In this document: in pieces, positions 17,401 to 26,346 of the stretch
Layout of the letters: the number at the start of each line of letters is the position of its first letter
Position numbering within the stretch: position 1 is the stretch's first letter
Virus record (IMG/VR): IMGVR_UViG_3300044624_000829
Span: 1-55,092 of that record
Direction: 5' to 3' (one strand)
DNA from: a virus
Lineage: Duplodnaviria; Caudoviricetes
DNA length: 55,092 nucleotides
Translations under genes and position numbers: made by a program
The notes under the pieces: generated by a model
Told to the model about the DNA's origin: nothing
Seen by the model: only the letters and a program-made list of their open reading frames with translations
The model's database searches: none

Positions 17401-19566
17401 TTTACGTTGAGATAAATTTCTAACCTTATCTCCTGTAAACAACATTTCTTCTTTTAACTCATCCCAAGCTAATATATCAAGTACAGCTTCTTGTTTTTCT
17501 TCTGGACTTAATCTATCATTTCTAAAAACTGCATCAACGTTACCTTTTGAAGGCATTTCCTCTTCAATGCGGTCATATTCTTCTTTTAATTTTAAAATAT
17601 CTTTTTTACGCTGTTTGATCTTATCGTAATATTCTTGTTTGTTTTCTTCAGTAATATCTATTCTATCTAAAGATTCATTTAATTCTTTTGCTGAATGTTT
17701 AAGCATTTGATCTAAATGGTCTACTAATTCTCCATGCATCCCTGTTTTAAACATTGACCGCATACCTAACCTAAAGATTTCTGCTTTATTATCCTCAAAG
17801 AATTTTTGATCACCATTACGAGCAGCTTCTAGCATTTTTTCACGTAGTCCAGTCATTCGGTGTACAGGACTAGTGATATCTACTTCTAATGCTATACCTT
17901 GCTTTTTACTAATTTCCGTTAAAAACTCTGCTGTTTTTTGACGTTCTTCTAAAAGATTCTTATAATTCTTTTTTCCTTCTTTCGTCCATGCATTATATTC
18001 AGAACCAAAGCCTCTTTCTCCAAAACTATATTCACTAACAACCTTAGTAGCAAAGTTTACAGGAGAAGCAAAGATACCCATAAGGGCGCCAGACATAAAA
18101 GTTTCAATATTACTATCTCCCATAGAATTAGCCACCTGACTCCAATACGCACCTCGGCTCATATCAGATGTAGGATCTGTAATCATTTTACCATAGATAG
18201 GTATTTTTTTACCTTCTCCGTTTAATACAGGTTTGCCAAATACATCTTTTTCGTAACCTTTTATTTCAAACTTTATATCTCCATATTTTTTAGCGGCAGA
18301 TGAAATAATATCTTGTCCATATTCTTGAACACCTTCCATACTTGCTCTTACCGTACCGCCAATAACATTACCAAGTGTTAGTTCGGATGCTTTCTTTTTA
18401 ATATAATTTTTAACTGTAGGTGTAACAGCATTAAACGCAATACTTCTACTTCCTTTTCCAGCTACACTAAAATTATCAACCATACCAAATAATTTATTGG
18501 TAGGAGAAAATCCTTTTAATAAACCTTCAAAGGTTATGGCATTGGTAAGATAGATTAATCCAAAGTTTGTTTCATAAGCTCTATCGTAAGCTTTTTGCGC
18601 TTTTATATCAATAAAATTTTTAACACTTTCCGGCATTGATTGTCCGGGATTAGCTCTATTCCATTTTGCAATAGCATCCGTTGTAAGTTCATCTCTTACA
18701 AATTTTGCTTCAAGATCTGATTCTGAATGAGACATGTAAAATTTACGAGCATCACGGGCAATAGAACCAGCCCCCAAAAGAGTTTTTTGCAATCCATTAA
18801 AATCTTTTATTTTATCTGCACTACGTATAAAGTCTAATGTATTACCTAAAGGCATTAAAGCTTTACCAAATCCTCCAACACCTCGGCTAAGAGAACCTAC
18901 AGCTCCCATTCCAACAGCTCCTGCATCTTTAGCTTCTTTATACCATCGGGCATTATCAATGTTTTTCATCCATCCAAAAACACCAACGGTATTATCTACA
19001 CCTTTTAAAGTTTTATTTGCTTTGCCTAATAATGATGCACCTCGAGCAACTTCAGCACCCATTGCTGGAACTGTAGCTCCACTTAATAATCCGCCTGATA
19101 ATGCTGTTGCGCCCGCTAATAATAATTCTTCAGCAGCAATAGATGAAATAATTCCTACAGTATATCCCGCAGATAACATAGTGTTTGCAAAAAACCCGGA
19201 AACACCACCACGCTGTGAACCATAATCTTGCATAATTTTGCCAAAATCTTTATGGTTTTCAGAACTACCAAAAGCACCAAAACCAAAAGTATCAGACATA
19301 CCTACGCCTGCAAGTTTTGTCATGCCGGTAAACCCTCTAGATATATCTTTAGTCCAAGATGTAGCTTGCTGGTATTTTTTTTCATTATTGCCAAAAGGAT
19401 TATAACCTAATTGACCATATACCTTACTACCGTAAGTTAAATATCTATCAGCTCCTTCTGCTTCAAAAGAAAATGTTTTACCTGCATTTGTAAACTGATT
19501 AAAATCAGTACTACTATTTTTTGCTATTTCATCTAATGATAAAACTGGTTTTGTAGGATCTGCCAT
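11407..19566 (-). CDS. Giant internal virion (cargo/ejection) protein, 2719 aa
   Basis: Long ORF directly upstream of the RNAP gene; N-terminal Gly/Ala-rich hydrophobic segments, coiled coils, acidic linkers, degenerate zincin-like region. Function inferred from crAss-like synteny. Confidence 0.75.
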   Translation of the reverse strand: MADPTKPVLSLDEIAKNSSTDFNQFTNAGKTFSFEAEGADRYLTYGSKVYGQLGYNPFGNNEKKYQQATSWTKDISRGFTGMTKLAGVGMSDTFGFGAFGSSENHKDFGKIMQDYGSQRGGVSGFFANTMLSAGYTVGIISSIAAEELLLAGATALSGGLLSGATVPAMGAEVARGASLLGKANKTLKGVDNTVGVFGWMKNIDNARWYKEAKDAGAVGMGAVGSLSRGVGGFGKALMPLGNTLDFIRSADKIKDFNGLQKTLLGAGSIARDARKFYMSHSESDLEAKFVRDELTTDAIAKWNRANPGQSMPESVKNFIDIKAQKAYDRAYETNFGLIYLTNAITFEGLLKGFSPTNKLFGMVDNFSVAGKGSRSIAFNAVTPTVKNYIKKKASELTLGNVIGGTVRASMEGVQEYGQDIISSAAKKYGDIKFEIKGYEKDVFGKPVLNGEGKKIPIYGKMITDPTSDMSRGAYWSQVANSMGDSNIETFMSGALMGIFASPVNFATKVVSEYSFGERGFGSEYNAWTKEGKKNYKNLLEERQKTAEFLTEISKKQGIALEVDITSPVHRMTGLREKMLEAARNGDQKFFEDNKAEIFRLGMRSMFKTGMHGELVDHLDQMLKHSAKELNESLDRIDITEENKQEYYDKIKQRKKDILKLKEEYDRIEEEMPSKGNVDAVFRNDRLSPEEKQEAVLDILAWDELKEEMLFTGDKVRNLSQRKENIKSDLKKNTKLTDLDVVALTNESDLAQQIDMLTTQVESNKEYKLDNTREHQQLVIKLDALKSLQESLTKFNDPKFDRSNATSVQKERDAMEDAFARYMLAVNTELNSMPDASALASDKNLYQRYKRRFASLFDFYRLDEESKELEYYADLLSNPEYSSQWLRANREMLVEFGKNKKAYIEKAIEAWQTREVSDDMLNELLENGIIFELDELDDLYDKGVMPSTLFDVNSKEEISAEKYKQAVKIIEKYYKKLKGKKLIGAKTGVRATRDKSKTDKRRAATIIKQYVGAKNKGVPVPIIDFVNNMMAYGNRYLSKSEIRILEKLQEYHITNQILSGNVILTDEAESPVSFNENGDLVLDVRFGAFDFARANYEINGVKYSSIAELDKAVNSNKITESQYDQGVRALRATPFEYIAISGIVQNVFVKRFQVDEELKNNITTLMDLAKTSHINNINNSNKDDQQKRMEIAQAETSDIFNNPLVFLTEAYANINFQNFLASTVNSTDVNQESLWRNLNNELRDELGANGIKGSLLDSILGITQLSIDEAIIEDTAESGPIQETDETDEVEEDEEPTPEEMEGEETAPVANVPPEEEVEEEQVTEEPAPVPVNLNELADRKKVINLKIKKLQQDVNGINSEINRTSRLKFRRIGQLEKQKLAIQKEVDTLIKELKSIEQKEKSVTETPTGAKPDLKTPVLNEEDDDSNQVVTSRSEFINLPLDLQLKLAAFYLNNNKGKAPLISIEKLQELQARDEKDIPDNVQGFLKKVSEDDAVAFKEAVFRGFNLLALQGDEKALDYLTDEQIQEIQDLMPTTSFINIIGEYNRNANKQPAPAVTETTEEEDEEENDEAKPLMLSAEAIKELNDANQRALDNIQEVFIDRNLRYTTTFINHLGEEVTITENSRTVLEQLINDTYSENGWANNINNIVGVEFEAIIGDRGTEAKVTITIDKVKITPQGNYQIYATRSDANKRYNILVGRSGMIYTFTETDTGIVSKAEDKVNYIVDFTTKASIVPFDPNRKEPKIEYTSPIQSVEDIQSVYPDIDLTTVFTTEQLNEFATELANATSIEEFKKLAEAFDQTLFDITEGFTDGLTFDIPVAEVKNPSSIDTSEITRMNQETETKLKEEGVDDLFIGATLPTGSAENAIPVTVDVINGIAVATYANEKTGLIDTVISGFSEENFVGYYRIYENGKPTNKWSSKFENKETGNAEVDNKKKENFKTMMSSVQERLPSDHKYTEKTSISTDGLRIWGNQIDRNTYQLEYDENGNLITDRVSINGDAIVNELGIDLNQDAFQNTNVKTPNIKVKTQEEFEKVKAALLPYLQKFGLNENNIYWKKPTGPVAQTGSVVQIDLPVLSPVNKSKSTTTSSFTTPIDFSTLGTLKTEDQLKQSSGVPADEFDEVTSNVKYNWNYLDTSKHNYEGTNKGYASRFSTWSINKRDLAYLRNFQISLFGLEHLDFVDAVLKYLSNGSRLAETVSKFNVKNKSVTQVEDYVRTQLNNAANNRAITSELVNALNKKLNAVRSNLTIAWSESKRKVGNYGITTKTQAQIDTMQQQQDKLDTKSTKLSRKEQALLVDTGNDVRALVLKWFIKGGKINSSVIQKLLGNTKSLKGPKSIKAESAARMSILNNTTGVTLDGLAHIIWENRTEAMNFDTEDAKKEVVDVILRFGGISKMIDELINTYGQPEIETEETEEEKRNREFKEAEEQEAYEYNQILNAYWESEGSNVNQIYLDFEATTLGQILNGTYQGTREDLANDVERRAYDEIYKDTTKKPDVEEDVEEEDFVPKTAIDPIVKKVREYDVNTISGMNPAQKVGTMFNLITANSKFEDLVYIYLSLYNTSTAYSDNQKNAVIRSIKYRLASFSNQIFSPSRTIKINEFQSSTDVVPAGVYEITPINTNTDQRVLFGLRNQLTNEIFQVEGITELFPSIADIYEPGSTLNTNPIDLSLNNNDVEIIKASFTDFFSNFNNIMSDVDKDLNEEDLRSQIAEQFKTCK

Positions 19567-19575
19567 TAGTATAGA

Positions 19576-22131
19576 TTATTTAAACTGATTGTTGTATTCT
19601 TTTAAAAATTGCATTGAATTTTGTACTGCTTGATCAATGGTCATATAACTACCGGGACCTAAGTAAATATCTTTTTCTTCTTCCACGCCCGTTTCAGGAT
19701 TAGTAACACGCGCAAATAATACTTTATTACCTGCAGCATCATTATAAATATATGAATCACGAGTATATGGCATAAGTTTTTTATCTTCAGATCCATACCA
19801 TTTTAAATCTTCTCTTCCCGTCATATCATACCATTTATCATCATCATCATTATACTCATTAGATGCAAACTGTTCTCCCATTGCTTTAGCTTCACTTTTT
19901 GGCATTACAACAGATAACGTTTTTTTAGTTTTGTTATCGGTAAACATATATAAAGCTTGACCAGAATCTCTTATTGTATTTACATAGGTAAGATCATATG
20001 TAGTTTTATCTTGATTTTTAAAAAAATTAGTTATAGTTGAACTTTTAACTGATTCTTCACCTTCATAATCTTTAATACTTTCATCAAATCCCCATTCACC
20101 TTGTTTTACATAAATTCCAGCATTAGCTTTTTCTGTTTGCTGAGTAATGAAATTTATTAAATTGGCAGCGTTTTGTGATTTAGGAACACCTTTTTGTAAA
20201 TTAATATTGCCATCAATTAATGAATAATTTCCTTTTGCTGTAAGTCCTGCCATCTGAGAAGCAATGGCATAATATTGAGTTTGTGAAAAGTTATCCCATT
20301 TATCTTTATAAGCGCCTTTATAATTATTATATGCTTTTTCTATGTTATCGTTAACATTACTTTTTGTTTGACCTCTTCCCTTATAAATACTTGAATAAAC
20401 ATTTACCTCATTTAATCCTTGTTTACCAAATTTTTTTTCTACTGCTGCTTGTGCTTCAACTTCAGGCGAATAAGATGTAAAATTTGTTCTTTCTTTTTTA
20501 TAAGCTTGTTCTAATTCTTGCGTATATAATTTTACAGAAGGTGTATAGAATTCACTTGAGCTACCTTTTGTAGGCAATGCTGACCAAAATTTTTCAAAAG
20601 ATACAGGATTGCCTCCTTTATCAAACATACGTTTATTAAATACTTCAGATAAACCGTCAGCTTTAAAATAAGGAACTACTTCTCCAATATCTGAATCAGA
20701 TAGCTCATTTCTATATTTATCTTTAATGTTTTTATCCTTAGTACGTCTTTCCATTTGCTTATCTAAAGCCATACCTATTTCTTTATTTAATCTAGCACCA
20801 CGCCAACCTTGAGCAGTTGAAACATCAACACCTTTTTGTTTTGCAAAATCTTCTAATTTGCTTCCATCAACATATTTAGGTTCTGCAAAATTATCTTTGT
20901 GTTTGTAGTAAAGACTTACTTTAGAATAATAACTATATCCAGGATCATCTATTAATTTTTCTACATCATGTCTAAACGCAGAACTTTGTAATAACTTTAC
21001 TTTACTTGACCAATCTTTGCTAACTTTTGCTAATTCGTCATATACAAGTTTAGTTTTAGCTTGAATATTTTTATCTTTACTTTTAAATCCTTCTCTTAAT
21101 ATATCTTGAACATAAGAATAAGATTTTAAAATATTATCGTTATATTTAGTTGTATTATCAAATTTTCCTTTAGCTGTAGGACTGTTTAGTTTTAATGACG
21201 TAGTAGCCCAATCTCCTACAAGTAAATTTAATTTTGCTTTAAGTGCTGGCGGTTTACCGTTTACAATCTTTAAATAAGCATTGTAACCTTCATGTTTAGT
21301 AGTAACTCGTTCATCTGCTTCATCAGTTAACGCATATCCAGCAATTGCACTTCCACCCGCTGCAACTAATCCTCCTATTATCATTCCCGGCCCTGTCCAT
21401 GATGTTGCTGCTGCACCTATCATAAATCCGGTTCCAGCTGTTGTGGCACTTTTTGCGGCACCAGCAGCTTTATCAGAAAGTATTCCATCATCTTCAAGTT
21501 TTATATTTGAACCTCCCCACTCACCGCGCCGTATATCTTGATTATTTTCTTGAAAATTTTGATATGTAATAAGTTGTTTATTTTTTGGATCGTATACATA
21601 ACGATTTGCATATTCATCACTTCTAACTTTACTACCTTTTATAGTTTTATCGTATGCTTTACTTGGATCAACATTTTCATCACCTCCCAATGTTTCAAAT
21701 GCAGCACGTTGAGATAATTGATGATATTGTTGAAACTTAGCAATCATTCCGTTAAGTTCTGTGTCCTTTTCATCAGACCAAACATTTCTATTAGTATTAA
21801 GATAAGTAGCAAGTTCTTTTCCCTGTTGCCATGTTTTTTGCCAATAATTTAAAGCTAATGCTTGTTTAGGATCAGCTTTCATTGCTTTAAATGCAGCTTG
21901 ATCTTTACCCTCCATTAAATTAAAATACATAGCATTAAGGGTTCCGCTTTCATCACCACTAAATAAACGTTTCCAATCATCATTACTAATATTTGAAAAT
22001 TGAGATTTAAACGATGATTGGTCAGGTTTTGGTTGTGATTTAACGCCTACAGTAGGTGGTGTGGTACCGCTTAATTGTCCTTGTGATTTATCACGTATAG
22101 CATCTATTCTTGCTTGAGTATCTTTATCCAT
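19576..22131 (-). CDS. Putative internal virion/ejection protein with a glycine-rich hydrophobic hairpin, 851 aa
   Basis: ORF track; GTGFMIGAAATSWTGPGMIIGGLVAAGGSAIAGYAL; position in the cargo cluster. Confidence 0.65.
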   Translation of the reverse strand: MDKDTQARIDAIRDKSQGQLSGTTPPTVGVKSQPKPDQSSFKSQFSNISNDDWKRLFSGDESGTLNAMYFNLMEGKDQAAFKAMKADPKQALALNYWQKTWQQGKELATYLNTNRNVWSDEKDTELNGMIAKFQQYHQLSQRAAFETLGGDENVDPSKAYDKTIKGSKVRSDEYANRYVYDPKNKQLITYQNFQENNQDIRRGEWGGSNIKLEDDGILSDKAAGAAKSATTAGTGFMIGAAATSWTGPGMIIGGLVAAGGSAIAGYALTDEADERVTTKHEGYNAYLKIVNGKPPALKAKLNLLVGDWATTSLKLNSPTAKGKFDNTTKYNDNILKSYSYVQDILREGFKSKDKNIQAKTKLVYDELAKVSKDWSSKVKLLQSSAFRHDVEKLIDDPGYSYYSKVSLYYKHKDNFAEPKYVDGSKLEDFAKQKGVDVSTAQGWRGARLNKEIGMALDKQMERRTKDKNIKDKYRNELSDSDIGEVVPYFKADGLSEVFNKRMFDKGGNPVSFEKFWSALPTKGSSSEFYTPSVKLYTQELEQAYKKERTNFTSYSPEVEAQAAVEKKFGKQGLNEVNVYSSIYKGRGQTKSNVNDNIEKAYNNYKGAYKDKWDNFSQTQYYAIASQMAGLTAKGNYSLIDGNINLQKGVPKSQNAANLINFITQQTEKANAGIYVKQGEWGFDESIKDYEGEESVKSSTITNFFKNQDKTTYDLTYVNTIRDSGQALYMFTDNKTKKTLSVVMPKSEAKAMGEQFASNEYNDDDDKWYDMTGREDLKWYGSEDKKLMPYTRDSYIYNDAAGNKVLFARVTNPETGVEEEKDIYLGPGSYMTIDQAVQNSMQFLKEYNNQFK

Positions 22132-22153
22132 AAGTTATATTTTATTTTAATTG

Positions 22154-23989
22154 TTATCCTCCAGCTGGACCATTTTGATTATATCCGCTATTATTACTTG
22201 ACGAGCTGCTTGAATTATTTCCACCTACTGTAAAACTAGTACCTGCATATTTATTACTTAAGTCAACAAGTACCGAAGAATTAGGATAATCTTGAGCCCA
22301 CGTTTTTAATTGTTTTTTTGCATAATCATCTAATGGTGCGCCCTCAAATAATACAGGTGTATTTACTACACCGCCGGTGCCTATTTGTTTTTCAACATAA
22401 GTTAATGCTAAACGATTTGAAGTACGTTTTTTTGCAAGTAATGTTGTTTCAGCTTCCTTATAACTATTATTAAATGTAGCTAATACATTTACATCTGTAA
22501 TACCAGCTCTTACTTGTTTAAGTTTTTCTGCTCTACTTAAATTAGGATTTTCTGTTATTTTTTTTAAGTCATCTACCGCATCCCATTCACCACCTTTCTT
22601 TTGTGCAATATCATCAAGAATATCACCCATCATAGTACCTGCATATGTATAGACATCTTCTCTCGCTACTTCATAACTTTGAGCTGTTTCAAAAGAGTCA
22701 GCTTTAAAATCTGGAGTATCAAGAGCAGCTTTTAATTCAGCTTTAATAACTTCTAATTCTTTATTATGCGCAAACTCTAAGTTTTCTAAAGCAACATCAT
22801 ATTCATGTTCAATACGCATTTTTGCTTTTTCTTCTAATTTAATAGTTTGTTCATAATCCTTCCATTTTAAACTATCTACCGTTTTAATTAATTCACCATT
22901 AAAAAGATTAGCAGATGTAATATCATCTAAATAGTCTGTAAGATTATTTAAAGATTGTTGACTATGCATATTTTTTTGTGCATTTTTATATATCTGATTA
23001 TAACCATCTACATCTAAAGCATTTTTATACAAGAATTGTATTTCTTCATACTTTTTAACGTCGTCTTGAGTTAGTTTGCCAGCTTTTTCGTCTTCTTCAT
23101 ACCCTTCTAAAAGTTGTTTTAATTGATCTTTATCGTGGGTAATCTCCGCACTTCTATTATTAAATAAAGTTTCTTGTTCTTCTTTAAAAGCTTTAGTATA
23201 ACCTACAGCCGCTTCGTTAAGCGTTTTAAATTCTCCAGATTGCATTCTATTATACATCCAATCATTACGTTGATTATATGCCATAACTTTATACATATCA
23301 TGAAACTCAGGATTCTTTTCATACAACTGCTTATACATTAGCAGCATAGGCTGTGTAATTTGATTACCATTTTTAGTTGTATATTGATAATCATCTCCAC
23401 TAATAACATCTTGTGTAAAATTAAAACCTCCCATCTCTTTAAGATCCTTGAGAGCTTCTTCCATCATATTATTGTACGGAATATATCTTACATCTTGCGC
23501 GCCTAATGCTTCATCAGCAGAAGCATTTTTAAATTCTTGACGTTTATATTGCATAAACTTTTCACCATCTTCCCAATACATACCACCACACTTAGTATGG
23601 TCAACGCAATTTTTAAATGCATCTGCTCTACGCATTTGAGATTGATAGTTCTTTGTCCATACCATATCTTTAACCATATAGTTATTAGTATAGAACTGCT
23701 TAAATACATTTTGTGCTTTACTTACATTAGAATCAAGGGAAAGATCCATTCCCGCAATTTTTTGCAAATCACCTTCAACTAATTTAAAAAATTCTTCTCT
23801 GGCTGCAATATTATCATCCCGTGTTAATCCGGAACTTAATATTGTACCATACATTTTACTTAGCTTCGCATGCGCCTGATCATACTTGCTTTGCCTCATT
23901 TGAAGCAATTGCATATTAAACTGTAACCCCGGATCTGGTGGATTTAAAACAGTTACTGCGTCGGTTACATTTTGTAAATACGTTGCCAT
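22154..23989 (-). CDS. Putative internal virion (cargo) protein, 611 aa
   Basis: ORF track; helical/coiled-coil composition, Ser/Asn-rich tail; position in the cargo cluster. Confidence 0.6.
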   Translation of the reverse strand: MATYLQNVTDAVTVLNPPDPGLQFNMQLLQMRQSKYDQAHAKLSKMYGTILSSGLTRDDNIAAREEFFKLVEGDLQKIAGMDLSLDSNVSKAQNVFKQFYTNNYMVKDMVWTKNYQSQMRRADAFKNCVDHTKCGGMYWEDGEKFMQYKRQEFKNASADEALGAQDVRYIPYNNMMEEALKDLKEMGGFNFTQDVISGDDYQYTTKNGNQITQPMLLMYKQLYEKNPEFHDMYKVMAYNQRNDWMYNRMQSGEFKTLNEAAVGYTKAFKEEQETLFNNRSAEITHDKDQLKQLLEGYEEDEKAGKLTQDDVKKYEEIQFLYKNALDVDGYNQIYKNAQKNMHSQQSLNNLTDYLDDITSANLFNGELIKTVDSLKWKDYEQTIKLEEKAKMRIEHEYDVALENLEFAHNKELEVIKAELKAALDTPDFKADSFETAQSYEVAREDVYTYAGTMMGDILDDIAQKKGGEWDAVDDLKKITENPNLSRAEKLKQVRAGITDVNVLATFNNSYKEAETTLLAKKRTSNRLALTYVEKQIGTGGVVNTPVLFEGAPLDDYAKKQLKTWAQDYPNSSVLVDLSNKYAGTSFTVGGNNSSSSSSNNSGYNQNGPAGG

Positions 23990-24003
23990 TTATTGAATTT
24001 TAT

Positions 24004-24031
24004 CAAAAGTATTAATTATAGAATAAACAAA
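24004..24031 (-). promoter_or_regulatory. Candidate Bacteroidota primary-sigma promoter (TTTG-N16-TACTTTTG)
   Basis: TACTTTTG at 24011-24004 matches the -7 consensus TAnnTTTG; TTTG at 24031-24028. Spacer is shorter than the usual 19-21 nt. Confidence 0.4.
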
Positions 24032-24037
24032 AATTAT

Positions 24038-26344
24038 TTAGCCTAAGTAATTATCAGGATCATATTCTGTTGAACCAGCTCCAGATACTTTATATTTTTC
24101 TGAATGCATTGCCAAAGCCATTTTAGCAATAACCTCATCTGACGCGCTTGGTAACTCTGTACGAAGTGTTTCAAAGGTAGAAGCAATATCTGTAGTTTTG
24201 CTTGTATCAGGAAAGAAATCTTTTCCTTTAACAAACATTTGAATACCTGTATTAGGATCAGTTTTAAACTGTTCTCCAATTGCAGCTTCGCTATTAAGTC
24301 TATCTGCACGTTCTTTATGCATTGCTATCTCTTGCATAGCCACAGCATTATCAGCATTAGAAGCTGCTGTACGGTATTGTTGTTTAAGTATCGCCCATTT
24401 ATCAGCATTACCTTGCATAGCTGCCGCTAATCTATTTGAAGAGTTTTGAGCAATATTAGTATTCATATTACGTTCTGCATTATATGAAGCTACGTTCTTA
24501 TCTGCATATTCACTTATAATAGAATTCATTTTCAAATACTCTTGATCAGCTAATTGATTTGCTAATTGAGTTTGTGGAGAAGCAAACATTGCTTGTTGTT
24601 CACCACGAGTAGATGACATTGATTGTAATGCGCCTATTGCTTGATCTGGACTATAGTAAGCCATATCAGTATAATAGGTTTCAGGCATTGCTGTAAAAGG
24701 AGTAATAAAAGGTATATTACGTCTGTTCTTTTTAGCTTGCGCTAATGCTCTACGGTTTTCCCATCTATATTGCATATCAATAGGAGCCGGTCCTTCATCT
24801 GGTATATTCTTTACATTCCATTTGTAAAGTTCGTCCATGATTTTTGGATCCGGTGTAATAGCTTCTATTGAACCATCTGCTTTATAACGATAACCTTCAT
24901 ATTTACCTTGACCTCTAAAGATATACCAGTTACCATCAGATGCTTGAAAACCTTTTTGTTTTACTTCACTATCTAATTTTTGATATTCATCTCCATCTTC
25001 AATATCATAGATTTTAGTATATGGTGCGCGATAATGCCATAGACCATCATTAAAACCTTTAACAATAAAAGCATCATTTATTTTACCTTCGTCATAAAAT
25101 TTTCGCAAATCTGCATTAGTAAATTCTTTTCCATTTGATGGTACTAATTTTGCCTCCTTCAACATTCGTTGAAGTTGATTATTTGGACGATGGCTTTTTG
25201 TTGCGTTATTATCTCTATTAAGAAAATAATCAGCTATAATTTTTGGATTTTTAGAACCAATGGTTTGCACATCGCGAATACTTTGCTTAACCTCTTTTCT
25301 ATAATCAGTCTTATCTTTAACTACTTCAATTTCACCAAGCCCTAATACTTTTAAAATTTCATTTAATTGCGTAGCACCTTCCTTACCATAAGCTTGTTCT
25401 GGAGTATAAGGGCTATCATCTTCTCCCCATCTTTCTCCTTCTTTAGGCGCATTTATTTTTGCTTCAGTTTCGGCACCGTTTTCTACAAATCTTGGAACTG
25501 ATTTAGTTGGTGTTGCTGGAGTTGTTTCAGTAGGAGTTGCATCTGGAACTGAACCTGCATAGGAACTACTACCTATCATTGGTTCTTCCTGTATAGGAGC
25601 AAATTGTATATCGTAATTTTTACGGAATAATCCTTTACGATTTGCTTGCATGCCAATTATTTGAGGACCTTGACCAGTTTGATTATAATCTAACGCTTGA
25701 TTTAAAACATTTTTCATAAACCCTCTTGATTGTCCACCAAAAGCCATAGGTTTATCTTCTTGCTGATCTGTAGGAGCTTCTGTTATTGAATCAGAATTAA
25801 GTAATTCATCATAACTTAATCTAGTTCTTTCTAAGAATGGTTCAAAATGACGCGAATGATCATCTTGTTCTCCTTTCTTTTCTTCATGAAATTGCTGAAG
25901 AGTAAATAGCAAACTTAATTTATAATTAGCATCGGTAATACTTTTTTCTAATGATGTTTTAGCAATCTTATCAATGTTTGTATCTGGATCAGCTAACTTA
26001 TCATTAAGTTCAGATATATTATACTGCTTACTAATTTCTGCAAAAGTTCTAGCTTTCTTACCTTTATAACCAAATAGACCTAACATTTTTTCATCTGCTA
26101 ATTTTAAATGGTCAGAAAAGATTGCACTTCCTGCAGGTAAATCTAAGAATGTACCACCTTCGGAATGTTTCTTTCCTCCAATATTAGCTAACTCTTTTTG
26201 ATTGCCAACATTACCTGAAGTAGTTAAAACCGTTTCACCTTTCTCTGCTTCTACAGTAGCTTTATTAGGATCATCTCCATGAAGTACAGGACGACTTGAA
26301 GGTTTGACACTATTATTGGGATCTTTGACAAATTTAACTTTCAT
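24038..26344 (-). CDS. Putative internal virion (cargo) protein, 768 aa
   Basis: ORF track; N-terminal VEAEKGE...GGKKHSEGGT...IFSDHLK module, MAFGG motif, C-terminal Ala/Gln/Asn-rich helices. Confidence 0.62.
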   Translation of the reverse strand: MKVKFVKDPNNSVKPSSRPVLHGDDPNKATVEAEKGETVLTTSGNVGNQKELANIGGKKHSEGGTFLDLPAGSAIFSDHLKLADEKMLGLFGYKGKKARTFAEISKQYNISELNDKLADPDTNIDKIAKTSLEKSITDANYKLSLLFTLQQFHEEKKGEQDDHSRHFEPFLERTRLSYDELLNSDSITEAPTDQQEDKPMAFGGQSRGFMKNVLNQALDYNQTGQGPQIIGMQANRKGLFRKNYDIQFAPIQEEPMIGSSSYAGSVPDATPTETTPATPTKSVPRFVENGAETEAKINAPKEGERWGEDDSPYTPEQAYGKEGATQLNEILKVLGLGEIEVVKDKTDYRKEVKQSIRDVQTIGSKNPKIIADYFLNRDNNATKSHRPNNQLQRMLKEAKLVPSNGKEFTNADLRKFYDEGKINDAFIVKGFNDGLWHYRAPYTKIYDIEDGDEYQKLDSEVKQKGFQASDGNWYIFRGQGKYEGYRYKADGSIEAITPDPKIMDELYKWNVKNIPDEGPAPIDMQYRWENRRALAQAKKNRRNIPFITPFTAMPETYYTDMAYYSPDQAIGALQSMSSTRGEQQAMFASPQTQLANQLADQEYLKMNSIISEYADKNVASYNAERNMNTNIAQNSSNRLAAAMQGNADKWAILKQQYRTAASNADNAVAMQEIAMHKERADRLNSEAAIGEQFKTDPNTGIQMFVKGKDFFPDTSKTTDIASTFETLRTELPSASDEVIAKMALAMHSEKYKVSGAGSTEYDPDNYLG

Positions 26345-26346
26345 AA

